From: Macrostomum hystrix
Lineage: Eukaryota; Animalia; Platyhelminthes
Direction: 5' to 3'
Assembly (NCBI GenBank): GCA_950097015.1
Contig: CATNEN010000010.1
Location: 2,542,001-2,606,000 of the forward strand
Length of the DNA: 64,000 bases
Shown: piece by piece, positions 1 to 12,176 of the stretch
Position numbering within the stretch: position 1 is the first letter of the stretch
Layout of the letters: every line of letters begins with the position of its first letter
Position numbers and translations under genes: made by a program
The notes under the pieces: generated by a model
What the model saw: only the letters and a program-made list of their open reading frames with translations
Database searches by the model: none
What the model was told of the DNA's origin: nothing

Positions 1-750
1 GGACCTGAGAGAGTGGCCAAGCTGTTAGGACCTGAGAGAGTGCGCCAAGCTGTTAGGACCTGAGAGAGTGAGCCAAGCTGTTAGGACCTGAGAGAGTGCG
101 CCAAGCTGTTAGGACCTGAGAGATTGGCCAAGCTGTTAGGACCTGAGAGAGTGCGCCAAGCTGTTAGGACCTGAGAGAGTGAGCCAAGCTGTTAGGACCT
201 GAGAGAGTGCGCCAAGCTGTTAGGACCTGAGAGAGTGCGCCAAGCTGTTAGGACCTGAGAGAGTGAGCCAAGCTGTTATGACCTGAGAGAGTGGCCAAGC
301 TGTTAGGACCTGAGAGAGTGAGCCAAGCTGTTAGGACCTGAGAGAGTGCGCCAAGCTGTTAGGACCTGAGAGATTGGCCAAGCTGTTAGGACCTGAGAGA
401 GTGCGCCAAGCTGTTAGGACCTGAGAGAGTGAGCCAAGCTGTTAGGACCTGAGAGAGTGCGCCAAGCTGTTAGGACCTGAGAGAGTGCGCCAAGCTGTTA
501 GGACCTGAGAGAGTGAGCCAAGCTGTTAGGACCTGAGAGAGTGAGCCAAGCTGTTAGGACCTGAGAGAGTGAGCCAAGCTGTTAGGACCTGAGAGAGTGG
601 CCAAGCTGTTAGGACCTGAGAGAGTGAGCCAAGCTGTTAGGACCTGAGAGAGTGCGCCAAGCTGTTAGGACCTGAGAGAGTGGCCAAGCTGTTAGGACCT
701 GAGAGAGTGCGCCAAGCTGTTATGACCTGAGAGAGTGGCCAAGCTGTTTG
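1..750. repeat. Minisatellite, 27-28-bp unit GGACCTGAGAGAGT(GC/GA/G)GCCAAGCTGTTA, runs off the left edge
   Basis: The unit repeats directly with small variants from base 1 to about 750. Confidence 0.97.
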
Positions 751-1001
751 GACCTGAGAGAATGAGCTAAACCCTCTGACCATTCGTCATGAGTCGAATC
801 CTCATGATCAGGCTGATTTATGCAATCCTTCATAGCTTGGCGGAGTTGAGTTTATCGGGGCATATACGTATACGTAGGCATATCGTATCTGATGCAATTT
901 AACCAAGGCAGCCCGTCTATGTCAAGCACAGCAGGGAATTCTTAATTCAGAAGCAAACAGAAAATCCGCCAGGCCACATATTTCCATTGATCCCCGCCCA
1001 G

Positions 1002-2882
1002 TCGACCGCTCAGAAGCAGGCGGACAAGCGCAAGCGGAAGGCGGCCTACAGGCGCCAGGCTGCCACAGCTGCGAAGATGCTGCGCGGTGGCGCCGACTCG
1101 GATGGCCAGCTGTGCGCTGGCTGGCGCGGCCTGCTGGCAACCTGCAACAAGAGGGAGCGCGAGTGCATCGGCGAGACCCTGGACCTGCTGGACAGATTCC
1201 TGCCATCCGATGAAGATGATGACGACATCGAGGAGGAGAATATCGAGGACGATATTCAGCGATGCATTGAACGGGAGCGGACGACCCGCGCCGGCGGGCA
1301 AGGGCTCGGCATTGGGGCCGCGGCGCCACCGCCATGCGAGAATCTGCGCACCAAGGTAGCTCATTACTTTCCATACCTGCTTTGCGTGTCACGTGCCGTT
1401 CTTGGATTGGTCTGGTCAATGATCGACCTCTGAATAATATCAGAATATTATTAGTATGTATTCTTTAATCACTACTTATTGCCAAAACAGTAGCATAGTT
1501 AGGATTCGCTGAAAATGTTCGCACATAATTAATTAAAAATTCGTCTTTCGCATCATCTGATTTCCGGTAGGTAGCCAGCTGCGTCTTTATTGGCGTCTCC
1601 CTGCCACCGGAACGCCTCTCCTGGATTTTCAATGTCACTGACACTATCTTTGAGGAGGCGGCAACGGCGGCCGCTCGCAACGACGGTCGCCGTGGCGTCG
1701 GCGGAAAGCACATCCTGCGCCTGCTGCCGGTGGAGACCACCTGCGTCAGCGGCCTGCAGGAGATCAAAGACGCCTTCGCTAAGCTTTGGTCCAAGTTTAT
1801 CGAAGATGGCCACATTCAGAGTGAGAATCCTCCACTGTGTGCTGTGCAATCTTCCATTGTGTGCTGTGCAATCTTCCACTGTGTGCTGCTGTGGAATCTT
1901 CCACTGTGTGCTGTGCAATCTTCCACTGTGTGCTGTGCAATCTTCCACTGTGTGCTGTGCAATCTTCCACTGTGTGCTGTGCAATCTTCCACTGTGTGCT
2001 GTGGAATCTTCCATTGTGTGCTGTGGAATCTTCCATTGTGTGCTGTGGAATCTTCCACTGTGTGCTGTGGAATCTTCCACCGTGTGCTGTGGAATCTCCA
2101 TTTGGCTTCCAGTATCTTTGTTTGTGTTTGGCAAACAATTTTTCCGCAAAACTTGTTTCTATTCAATCCCTACATCTCCCGCAGTTCCCAGGCCAACATT
2201 CTCCGTGCACTTCAAAGCGCGCAACTTCAACAAGTTGGAGCGCCTGGATGTGATTGGTGGCATCTTTGATGCTGTAAAGTCGGCATCTCCCCATTGGTCT
2301 GTTGATCACAACCGGGCTGACATTGTCATCGATGTTAACGTGCTGCAGCGCGTCACCTGCCTCAGTTTGCTTCGCAGGTTCTGCCAGTACCGCAAATACA
2401 ACCTGTGCGAGGTGGCTGTGCGCTCGCGGGGAGCGGAATTTAGGAATCACATTTCTAAGCCCACAGCAGCTGACACAGCTGAGCCTGTTGCTGATGACAC
2501 TGCTGACACTGTTGCAGCTGACACAGCTGAGCCTGTTGCAACTGCCACTGCTGAGCCTGTTGCAACTGCCACTGCTGAGCCTGTTGCAACTGCCACTGCT
2601 GAGCCTGTTGCAGCTGACACTGCTGAGCCTGTTGCAACTGCCACTGCTGAGCCTGTTGCAGCTGACACAGCTGAGCCTGTTGCAACTGCCACTGCTGAGC
2701 CTGTTGCAACTGCCACTGCTGAGCCTGTTGCAACTGCCACTGCTGAGCCTGTTGCAGCTGACACTGCTGAGCCTGTTGCAACTGCCACTGCTGAGCCTGT
2801 TGCAGCTGACACTGCTGAGCCTGTTGCAACTGCCACTGCTGAGCCTGTTGCAGCTGACACAGCTGAGCCTGTTGCAAACTGA
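1002..2882 (+). CDS. THUMPD1: THUMP domain-containing protein 1-like (tRNA acetylation adaptor); exons ~1002-1355, 1571-1820, 2185-2882; 5' start exon not found
   Basis: GWRGLLATCNKRERECIGETLDLL, KHILRLLPVETTC and FSVHFKARN...VIDVNVLQRVTCLSLLRRFCQYRKYNLCEV match THUMPD1/Tan1 motifs. GT-AG junctions keep frame (phase 0, then phase 1). There is no in-frame ATG upstream of the KRKRKAAY motif, so the first exon probably lies outside the window. Confidence 0.88.
1828..2098. repeat. 22-bp minisatellite (AATCTTCCACTGTGTGCTGTG[C/G]) in THUMPD1 intron
   Basis: About 12 direct copies starting about 8 nt after the donor at 1821. This explains the Cys/His-rich spurious ORFs here. Confidence 0.95.
2465..2877 (+). 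repeat. Coding 24-bp minisatellite encoding (AEPVA[T/A][A/D]T)n at the THUMPD1 C-terminus
   Basis: An in-frame repeat of about 17 units directly before the TGA at 2880-2882. Confidence 0.93.
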
Positions 2883-3735
2883 ACTTCAAAATGTAGTTAT
2901 TGATAGTTTTTACCTTGTGATGTTCTTCGCTCGAACAGTCTTTTCCGGTTTGTGTTGGCGTTTCTTGACTTGAAATAAACAGCAAACGCTTCACTAGCTG
3001 CTAATAAGTGAAGCTGCTAGAAAATAAATGCGTTTTTAAACCGTGTAAATTGATGAACGAAATCTGTCTGTTTGTCTCCTGCTCTATTGACTAACAGAAG
3101 TGTTGGTTATGTTATCATGTTAATGACTTTGGATAAGGTACGCTTCCAGGCATGAAGAAGAGTAAATGAGCTATTTAGAGATTAGTGATAGATGACTCAC
3201 AATTGGAACATCTTAATCTAAACCAGCTCTGTAGATTTTGCTCTACGCGAAACTAGCTAAAGTACATTTTGCGCTGTATTTGGTAAGACATTAGTTAAAT
3301 TGATCCCAATTTAGATCACTTTCCAGATCAATGCTATGATTAAAGCAGAATACTAGAATTTTACACCGCTTTCTACACTCAGAAGCATGTTTAACCACAC
3401 ACCTGAGCGAGGCCCGACTTTTAGCTTTTTGGGTCTGAATCGAGGGCTGGAAGGACAAGCAGCAGTGTGATTGTTGCGCAAGCAATGTGTAAATAAAATA
3501 CCTGTCTGAGTGGCTGTCTGAGTGTCAGCGTTGACTTCCAGTATCACGCGAGTGTGCGGTTTTAACATGTTTCTGAGTGTACTTTAAGCAGGATTGACAG
3601 CTCAAATCATTTCCAACTCGCCTGTCTACTCTGGGTTCCGTTTCCAGGCTTGTTGGCATGACAGCGAGAATAAGTTGTTTACATTGGATACGAGGGGCAC
3701 CAAAAGCAAAATTGCTGAGCAGTCGCTGAAAAGTC

Positions 3736-6700
3736 TTAAGCCTCGATCATGGCAGGCGAATAGGTTGTGGCCCCGGCCGGCGCCTCTCCACCGGCCCGCG
3801 AGCGGCTTCGAGGCGCCTTTGGATTCGAGCTGCGAACCTGCTCGCTGCTGTCCGAGCTGCCCAGCTCCAGGCGATGTGCCCCGGGCTGCGGCTGCTGCGT
3901 CCGCGCCGACTCCTGCGAGCTCGAAGCCGCGCCTCCGCCAGGTTGTCGCGAAGTTACCGGCGGACCCGGCGTTGCCATAGTGACGCGTCCTTGCGGCTTG
4001 CCGCTTGACACGGTCTCCTTGGCCAGGCTGCGGCGCCTGTGCAGTGACTCCTCCTCCACCTGGCCACGGCCGGAGGTCTGCGGGGCCGACGGGCGCAGTG
4101 GGTTGAACACGGAGCTCTGCTGGCTTGTCTTGGACCAAGTACGGTTCAAAGTCTTGCCGGAGCTGGCAAAATCCTCGGTCTGCTGCTGCTGCTGCTGCTG
4201 CTGCTGCTTGGCGGCCTCGCCAGCCAGGCCCAGGTAGTTCATGACCAGTGTCCGCAGCTGGCTGTAGGCCTCGCTGGGCTCGTCAGTGTTGATGAACATG
4301 TCGAAGAAGCCCGGGTGCTGCTGGTTGTGGCTGAGGTAAAGCTGCGCCCTGGCCTGGCTCTGCAGCACCGCCTGCTCCGGCCGCTCCGGACGGGTGCGCA
4401 GGTGCTGCCCGTGCCGATGCGGGTTCAGCGGCATCGTCAGCACGTAGCGCGGCTCGAAGTGCGTCTTCTTCAGCGCCAGGACGCCCTCCAGCTCCATGTG
4501 GACAACGCAGGCGAGGCCCTCCCTGGCCACGGCTTCCACAGCTTCCAGCGTGAGACCGAAGTAGTGTCCCTGGAACAGCGCTGTCTGGATAAACTTGCCG
4601 CCAACCTGCAGCTCCTCGAACTCCTTGAGGGTGACGAAGTTGTAATCTCGCTCCGGATCCTCGTCCGGGTAGGGAGGCCGGGTGGTCGTGGAGACACCGT
4701 AGCCGAAGTACTCCGGGAAGTCGCTGACGAGCCGCTGGGCCAAGTCCTTCTTCATAGAGCCATTGGGGCCGACCAGCACCAGCATTGGGTAGGGAGTTTC
4801 TGCGCTCTGCAGGGTGCTGGAAGGCGGCAAAGATTCGAACTCTTATCTGTCACCGCGATTTCAGCTGGTTGAGTAACGGATGCATAGTGATGCAGGTGCT
4901 TGGGATCAAAACGCTGCTGTTATTGAGTTCTGTGTCAGCCAGGTGGGTCAAATTCCTAAATGAGCTCTAATGAGACGAAGCTGAAACCGACTGTAGCTGG
5001 CTGGGATAGCCGCAGCCCTAATAGAAAAATAGCCAAAGTTGACTACCGCGCTACCAGTCAATATTTTTCTACCTGACATTTTTTAATAAAAAAATTATTT
5101 CAGTCTGTCTTTCGTTTATACTACTTTAAGTAGACGTCCAATGCGCACCCTGCTTGAGATCTGTACTAGCCAATGTCAGTACAATAATGCCTGACAATCT
5201 CATGCTCATTAGAAGTACTTATGGTAGCCCGCATAATTTTAAGATCCCGAGTTCAATTGCGCTCCAAAAAACGATAAAATTTGAGCTGTAAAAACTGCTC
5301 ACCTGTCAAGTACATAGTGAGGCTGGAAGTAGGAGTACACCAGATTGAGCCGGTGGTCTCGCTGAGCCACAATCTCCATGGATGGGTTCTCCTGGTTCTC
5401 AGCTTGGACCTGAAAATAAATTATTTCAGCAACACACTAGCCGTATTCGAACCCGCTTGCTCTGGCTGCCATGGAGTCGAAGCCACGGCTCGGCACTCAC
5501 CTTTTCCTTGATGGTGATTCGCCTGCCATCCAGGTGGGTTAGGCGGGGTAGGTCGAAGATCACCAGTAGGCGATAGTCGGGCACGTTTTGCATGGGGTTC
5601 CTGGCCAGGTTGAGCTGCCTCAGCAGGCGAAGGTCCTTCACGTGTCTGTGGGAAGCGGCGGTTTTTACCTCATGCAATCGAATCCGGCTTCACTTCCTAA
5701 AGACTGGTGCACAGTGCCATTTAGTAGAATTTATTGGTAAACTTATTGGGTGTTCTCAAACGGTCGTACAACTGAATTTGTAAAATACGGGATCAACTGA
5801 GCACTGGAGTCTGTGCTGAGTTTCTGTCTTGTCTCACCTGAGCTCCAGCAGCTCCAGCACTCGGTTGTCGGCCAGATCGAGAATCTGCAGCAGCTGGCGG
5901 CCCTCCAGCCCGGCCAAAGAGTCGATTCGGTTGCCGGACAGGACCAGGGACTGCAGGCTGTCCAGGGACTCCAAGTTCTCGATGCGCTCGATGCTGTTGT
6001 GCTCCAGGTTGAGTGTGGCCAGCGGCAGGCAGTCCAGGTTGCACAGCCGGCGGATAGAGTTGTGGCCGAGGTTGAGGTGCTGGAGGCTGGCGCATGCCGT
6101 CAGGCTGGCCGGCACCTCGGCCAGGCGGTTGTGGCTGAGGTCGAGGTCACGCAGCCGGCCGAAGGCGTCCATCTCTGGCAGGTCGGAGATTTCATTGTGC
6201 GAGAAGTCGGCGCTTCGCAGGTTGTCCAGAGCGTCGCCAAAGTTGAAGGCCGATCGCAGACGGTTGTGCGAAACGTCCAGCTGCACCAGGTTGACCAGGC
6301 CGGCGATGGCTGTCAGCGAGGTCAGCTGGTTGTGCGACAGATTCAGCACCTGGTAGGAGAAGAAAGGCAAGAGGGCGGTAAAAGCTAATTTCCATGCCAG
6401 CACTCTTTCGAGGACAAAAGGTACTCGTTTATGGGTATTAGTAAACGAGCACCGTTTCCCTATTCTCAGTCAACTGTAATTCACAGAAATCGTACCTGGA
6501 GCTGCTCGTATCTGGCGAGCAAGCTAATGTCGCTGAGTCCCAGGCTGGACGCCGTAAGCTCAAGGTAGGCATAGCTGGTCCCGTCTGCTGTCTTGTTCAG
6601 GTTGCTTAGGCATTCGCATTCGTCAATTAACGCTTCGGTTAGAGTGCCGTCTTTTTGTATATTCAGGAGCGGGTAGGTTACATTTAGTTATAAATAATAA

Positions 6701-7493
6701 AAGTGAAAATTGTAAAGGAATTACAGTAGCTCCAAAATTCACATTCCAATATTTTCAAGTTTCTTATTTCTTTCTGAGAAAACTAGACAAAAAATGTCAG
6801 GAACTTTAAAAAAAAGCACAGTATAAACATCATTTTTTCCCATTCGGTTCGTTAGCTAAAGCATTCACATATCATATGCCATAGAGTAGGCTTGGGTATG
6901 GGCAAAATTGCAGTTGAAGCTAAAAAAGACGCAAATTAAAAGTTTTCGTAAAATATTTAAATTTGAGAGCTTGTTATCTATAGCTTCCTTTTTCTGTAAC
7001 ACAACACAATAAATACTTTGCATTTGCCTACATTTAATAACACAAAGTAATAATTAAAAGAAATGTATTATATGCCTTTCAAATTAATCGATTGTATTTT
7101 ATATTAAGAACATATGGAACAAATTCTTATGTTCTTATATTTGGCGAAACGGTTATTTTGCAACTTTTTAAGCATTAGGACATGCCACAAATTAATATTT
7201 GTGTCTTGCCCTATACTGAATAGTCTGAATGGATACAGTCTTGACATAGCTATTATATCCTATTAATACCTAAAAAAGTACATAGAAAATATCAGATAGT
7301 AGGCATTCTGAGCATATATACCTGAGTCACTCTGTCTTCCAGTTGATCCAGTTCCATCGCTCCGGTGGGATTTGGAGGGATTTTTTGAATGGTGGCTATT
7401 CGTTTTTTCGGTAAACGAGCTGCTTAAATTAAGTCTTTCAATCGGTTCATCATCAAATTCGTTCGTATTGTCAGCTAAATTCTCCTGCGACAT
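3736..7493 (-). CDS. LRGUK: Leucine-rich repeat and guanylate kinase domain protein; exons 7493-7322, 6650-6496, 6349-5838, 5645-5501, 5409-5303, 4816-3736
   Basis: N-terminal DGTLTEA...YAYLELTASSLGLSDISLL, then tandem LRRs (LNLSHNQLTSL, LDLSHNRL, LVLSGNRIDSL), an LRR cap (NPMQNVPDYRLLVIFDLPRLTHLDG), and STLQSAETPYPMLVLVGP leading into a guanylate kinase fold (VSTTTRPP, YNFV, GHYFG). All six exons join in phase. Confidence 0.93.
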
Positions 7494-7631
7494 TATATCA
7501 TGAAAACTAAATTTAGATGACTCAAAAAGTGAATAGCCCGATTTTTTTAAGTAATAAACATATAGAAATGAACGATCGTTTTAAAAAAATATTCAGGGAA
7601 AATAAATTCCGAATCACATATCGCGCTAAAA

Positions 7632-7656
7632 GTAACATGACAACTGCTATAGTAAG
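7632..7656. promoter_or_regulatory. Candidate RFX X-box-like motifs upstream of LRGUK
   Basis: GTAACATGACAAC followed by CTGCTATAGTAAG, about 140 bp upstream of the ATG of a known ciliary/flagellar gene. The matches are imperfect. Confidence 0.4.
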
Positions 7657-9339
7657 GACAAGTAAGTATTTTTGACAAAAAACGAACACAAAATAGATTT
7701 TGTACTCTATGAGTAATGATGGCTTACCATAAAATTCTTTTTTTTATATTATTTTTTGTACTTTTGTTATACTGCTATAAAATTTATAAATGAAGACAAA
7801 CCCGGAACGTGCAATAAGGTTCGATTTGCATTCGTTTTTATTTCTGATTTGCATTCGTTAGCTTTCAGCCAAACTGCCCTGAGCCAAATTAGTAAATAAT
7901 TTTTGTTGCCTAGTCAAAACAAGCATACATGGAGCAACCTTAGTGTGACCACATGCTTCTAGGAGCATACTTTCTTTATCGTTTCAAGGCGAAAAACTAT
8001 AATAATTAGCATATTCTTGAAATAATACAGCTGAAATGGCTTAAATCATCCTATTACTGATTGTTTGTAAACCAGATACAGGTAAGATACACGTTTATAT
8101 ATAAATTCTCAGCTGTGGAACTTAAATCAGTATATCAGTATATTTATAAGCAAATTAACAAAGTTATCGACTACTTTATCTAGTTATCTATACTAGTGAT
8201 TTAAATAGATCTAGCTTTTCTATTAGCAAGCTGAGGTCAGGACAAACGTTGAACTCTGATTTTTATGTTAAGGAAAACTATATAATTACGAAGTGACTTC
8301 ATTATCGACGTTCTAAACATTCAAGGTCGACGTGATTTTTTAGGAGCACCATTTTTGCAAATTGACTTAGAATATGCGTGTGCATACAAAATTTTAACAC
8401 AAATTGCGAATCTATATATAATTGAAATGAACAAGCTGTTGCTACCAAATGCGAAGCTTTTATTTATTTATTTACTAAAAACACAGATTTTTGTCGCGTG
8501 TTTGTTTAATGCAGTAAACATATAAATAACAGACAGAAAATAATGATAATATTGAACTAGTATTAATATATAAATATATAATATAATACATATCTAAACT
8601 ATATTCTTTAGAGACAACTGAGAAAGAATGCAAACGCAACAATGAAGTAGTAAACAAAAGTGGCAAACTTAAAAGATAAGTCAGCTGTGCGAGAGACTTG
8701 CATGCCAAGATATATTAATAACGTACATTCGACAGTGCTTTTTGATCAAATAGCTCAAGCTGGTGTTGCATCATCGAGTACTCTTAGAGGACTCGACTGT
8801 TTACTGACAAAACTTCTGGCTTCATCCACTGCAATACCCTACTTGCACAAGAATGGCGAGTATAAGAACGTATAACCAATAGAACCAAGTATATAAGCGA
8901 GGTTTATTAACAACGCAATGTTTAAGTAAACATGCGTGTAAACAACAAACTATTTCCTTAACCAACTAAAAAACAAAAACAGAAAACAACACACACAAAG
9001 CACAAGAACAAATAAATCTATTTTGATCTACTGTATTTATTATGCAAATGGGGTCATTAACATCGATAAAAAGAGGCAGAAACTATATAGATACTTCAGG
9101 CGAGGAAATTACTAGAACGCACTGGACAACTTAAATGTAAATTAAGCACTAACGTTTTTAGATAAATCCTATTTTTAGTATTTATATGGAACCAAATAAA
9201 ACTAGCTGGCTGGCTCGAAGTGATATCTGCTCTTTAACTCTTATCTCCGCTACGTCTACCACCGAAAAATTTCTGCAAATGAAAAGTCCATGCGTAGCGG
9301 TAGCAGAACCCCCATTAGGCGCACAGTATCGGATATCCC

Positions 9340-10139
9340 CTAGACCTTATCGCCCATCTTGGCGTTGGAGCTTTGCAGGATGGCCACAATGACGCCGAAC
9401 AGGCCGATGGCGCTGGCGAAGATCTCCACAATGAGGATCTTCACAAACAAGGTGGGATTCTGGGCGTCGGCCAGAGCGGCGCCGGAGCCGACAACGCCGA
9501 CGCAGAGGCCACAGAACAAGTTGCAGAAGCCCACTGTCAGGCCGGCGGCGAAGAACGCGTAGCCAGCCTGTTCGTTTCGATGAAAAAAACGAATTGTTTG
9601 CTACTATATTCGAACTTGTAGTAACACTGCATCTTTTATTCCAGTTTATTTTTTAACCAATCTAGATTCGAGCACACAACATGGCATCGATATATCTTTA
9701 TAATTGCCACGCGCAGCCGATGCATTAAGAAACCAACCTGATAGTTGGCCCGAAGGATTTTCTCCGTGGCTGCGGCCTCGTTGAACGGCTCGATCATCTG
9801 CGAGATGACAATGGCCATGATGATACCATAGATGGCCACCGCCTCGCAGAATATGATGCTGATGAGATTCTTGGTGCGAATGCGTGGCGCCTTCACGCCG
9901 CCGCCCAGGATGCTGGCCCCTGTGGTGTAGATGCCGCTGGCCGCGCCAACCACCGATAGAGAGATGCTCAGGCCAACGCCCAGGTTGGCCCACAGGTACG
10001 GAGAGATGCCCTCAATCACTGAGCCTATATCGAATCGGTGGCCCTGGCCAGTGAGCATGTAGTAGAGGCCGGAGGCTGCGAAAGCGCCCGCCAGGATAGC
10101 CAGCGGAGTGAACAGGATCACTGGGTGCTCAATCATCAT
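9340..10139 (-). CDS. ATP6V0B: V-type ATPase 21-kDa proteolipid subunit c''; exons 10139-9738, 9567-9340
   Basis: [45 protein letters not shown] and [30 protein letters not shown] are diagnostic. The intron is phase 0 GT-AG. Confidence 0.97.
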
Positions 10140-12176
10140 GGATGCTGCAATAGGCTAGGGTATGCTCTGTTTTTTGTATGTCTTCTTAGGGCTGACTTAA
10201 GGAAAACTATATGCACCTTTACACAAAATATTGAACAAATAAAAAAACATTGCGTTTTTAATATAATGGATTTTTTTCTATAACACAAAGAAGATAAGAA
10301 ACAGGTGGCTAAAATACATAGTTTTTCAATCTATAGATGTGAAGTCATAATATGGTGATTTTTTTAACAAACTGAAGTACGAGTATATAGAAAAATGGAT
10401 AAACTAGCACTTAATTACATTTGAATATGTATTATTGATGCGAAACGTTATTTCTAAATAAATGCATGCAAAAATAGTATATAAAAGTTATAGTGTTTTT
10501 GGACAGATCATATAATGATAAGATCTAATTAGGAGTACAATAGCACCAAGCAAGATATTTAACACAGAAAAGGTTCATCATTTCTTTGAATTAATGGAAT
10601 TCACATTTGTATTCCTTCATTATTATCAGAAGATAAAACATGCTTTATAATAGTTTTATTGATGTACTCAAAAATATTGATAAATCACAATTTCTCTATG
10701 TTATAGCTATATCTGGTTTACATATTTAACTGATTTGACTTCTTACTCAACTCTATGCCATTTTTTGAGAATACAGCATTGGGACCTTCCATACCTTCTT
10801 GTAAATTGTCAGATATTTTCAGCTGGCATATTTTAATTGAGTTTTGTATATAAATTTTATACAATTAGACTATTTCAGTAGTCTAGAAACATTTAAAGTA
10901 AATAGGAACAATATTTTTTATATAATATAAATTAACGACCAACTTTCTCTATATAAAACAAGATAACCTGAAAAGTGTTCCAATCTTCAAACATAATTTC
11001 CAAAAGACAAACCATGACAATGACAATGAGTATAATAATAATAAGCTACTATGAATGTTTATTTAGAAACAGTTTCGCGTTCAAAGTTCTTTCCAGTACA
11101 GAACTGGATTGGTCCACTAACCTGTTTGTGAAAGTAACAATTGTATAATGAGCAACTTGAAAATAAGTCAATATTGTACGTGATCTGAAGTTTCTTCGCC
11201 TTCCTTGTACTAGCGAGTGCACGATATTATTATTGTGAACTCAAACAATAAAAAAAGCGATGCGTTTCTTTGCTACAACTCTTGTCAGAGCCCGATTATT
11301 TAAAATAACACCTCAGTAATATATATTTTCACGGTAATTACAGCTATTGTTAATGATAACCATGAACCTTATACCAGCTTTTGTTAAAATACATTTTTCA
11401 AGATATTTCCGGCAAATTTACTGATGCTTGTATGCTGATTTGTTTGTTGTTGCTCGACATAAAATTAATTGCATTGTTTTTTTCGCAGAATTTTATTTCT
11501 GTGGGATCGATAAACAAATTAAAAATGAAATATAAGGCGGAAGGCCTTTTGTTAAAGAGATGGAATGGCAGCGAAGATAGTGTGCTGCGCTGCGTGTATA
11601 ATTTATACGAAGTAAACAGCGCAGGATAAAGGAGCCTAGGGAGGTGCGAAGAAGTGGCGGGACAGTCTTCGCTAACACCCCGGCTTAGCGAGCCGGCTGG
11701 CTGGGCGCATCAACCCCACCTTCACTAGACTGAGGTTGGGGGGGTTAAGTGCAGCTGCACTAGTGCTTGCCGGTCGCGTATAGTCTGGCCGCCACAATTC
11801 GTTATTAATTCTTTTTTCTATTTGTTTTCGGTAACTGAAGTAGGGCAAAAAAGCAAACACATGTGTATTTGATTTACAATTTTTACTAAAACAAATATAA
11901 TTGCTCCAAAAAAGCCAGCTTCACAAAACTGAGACATTTCAAAAGATAATCTAAGAAGCACTGGAAATGGAGCATTTTTGTCACCATCTATTTAAGACCA
12001 CACGGCACCAGATATTCCGTGCGGAACAATCCAGTATTGTTTAGAGGATCGCACATTTTCTGGAATGTCTATGGCAGAAATTCTAGTCAAAAAAATTTAA
12101 GTGATAGTCCGTCCAAAATATAGTGAAGTTTTCTACAATTTCAACCTCAGATTTGAATCGAATAACAAGGAACACA

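Noticed and set aside
1-750. CRISPR-like appearance of this and other regular arrays
   Set aside because: Units are contiguous with no unique spacers, there are no cas genes, and the context is eukaryotic.
8660-8875. 71-codon ORF in the AT-rich spacer
   Set aside because: It starts at GTG, has no recognisable motif and no convincing splice partners.
11630-11790. U3 snoRNA, RNase P/MRP RNA, telomerase RNA or SL RNA
   Set aside because: Only isolated short matches (AGACTATAC, GGGACAGTC, TAACCC). The accompanying boxes, P4 partner, template or Sm site were not found.
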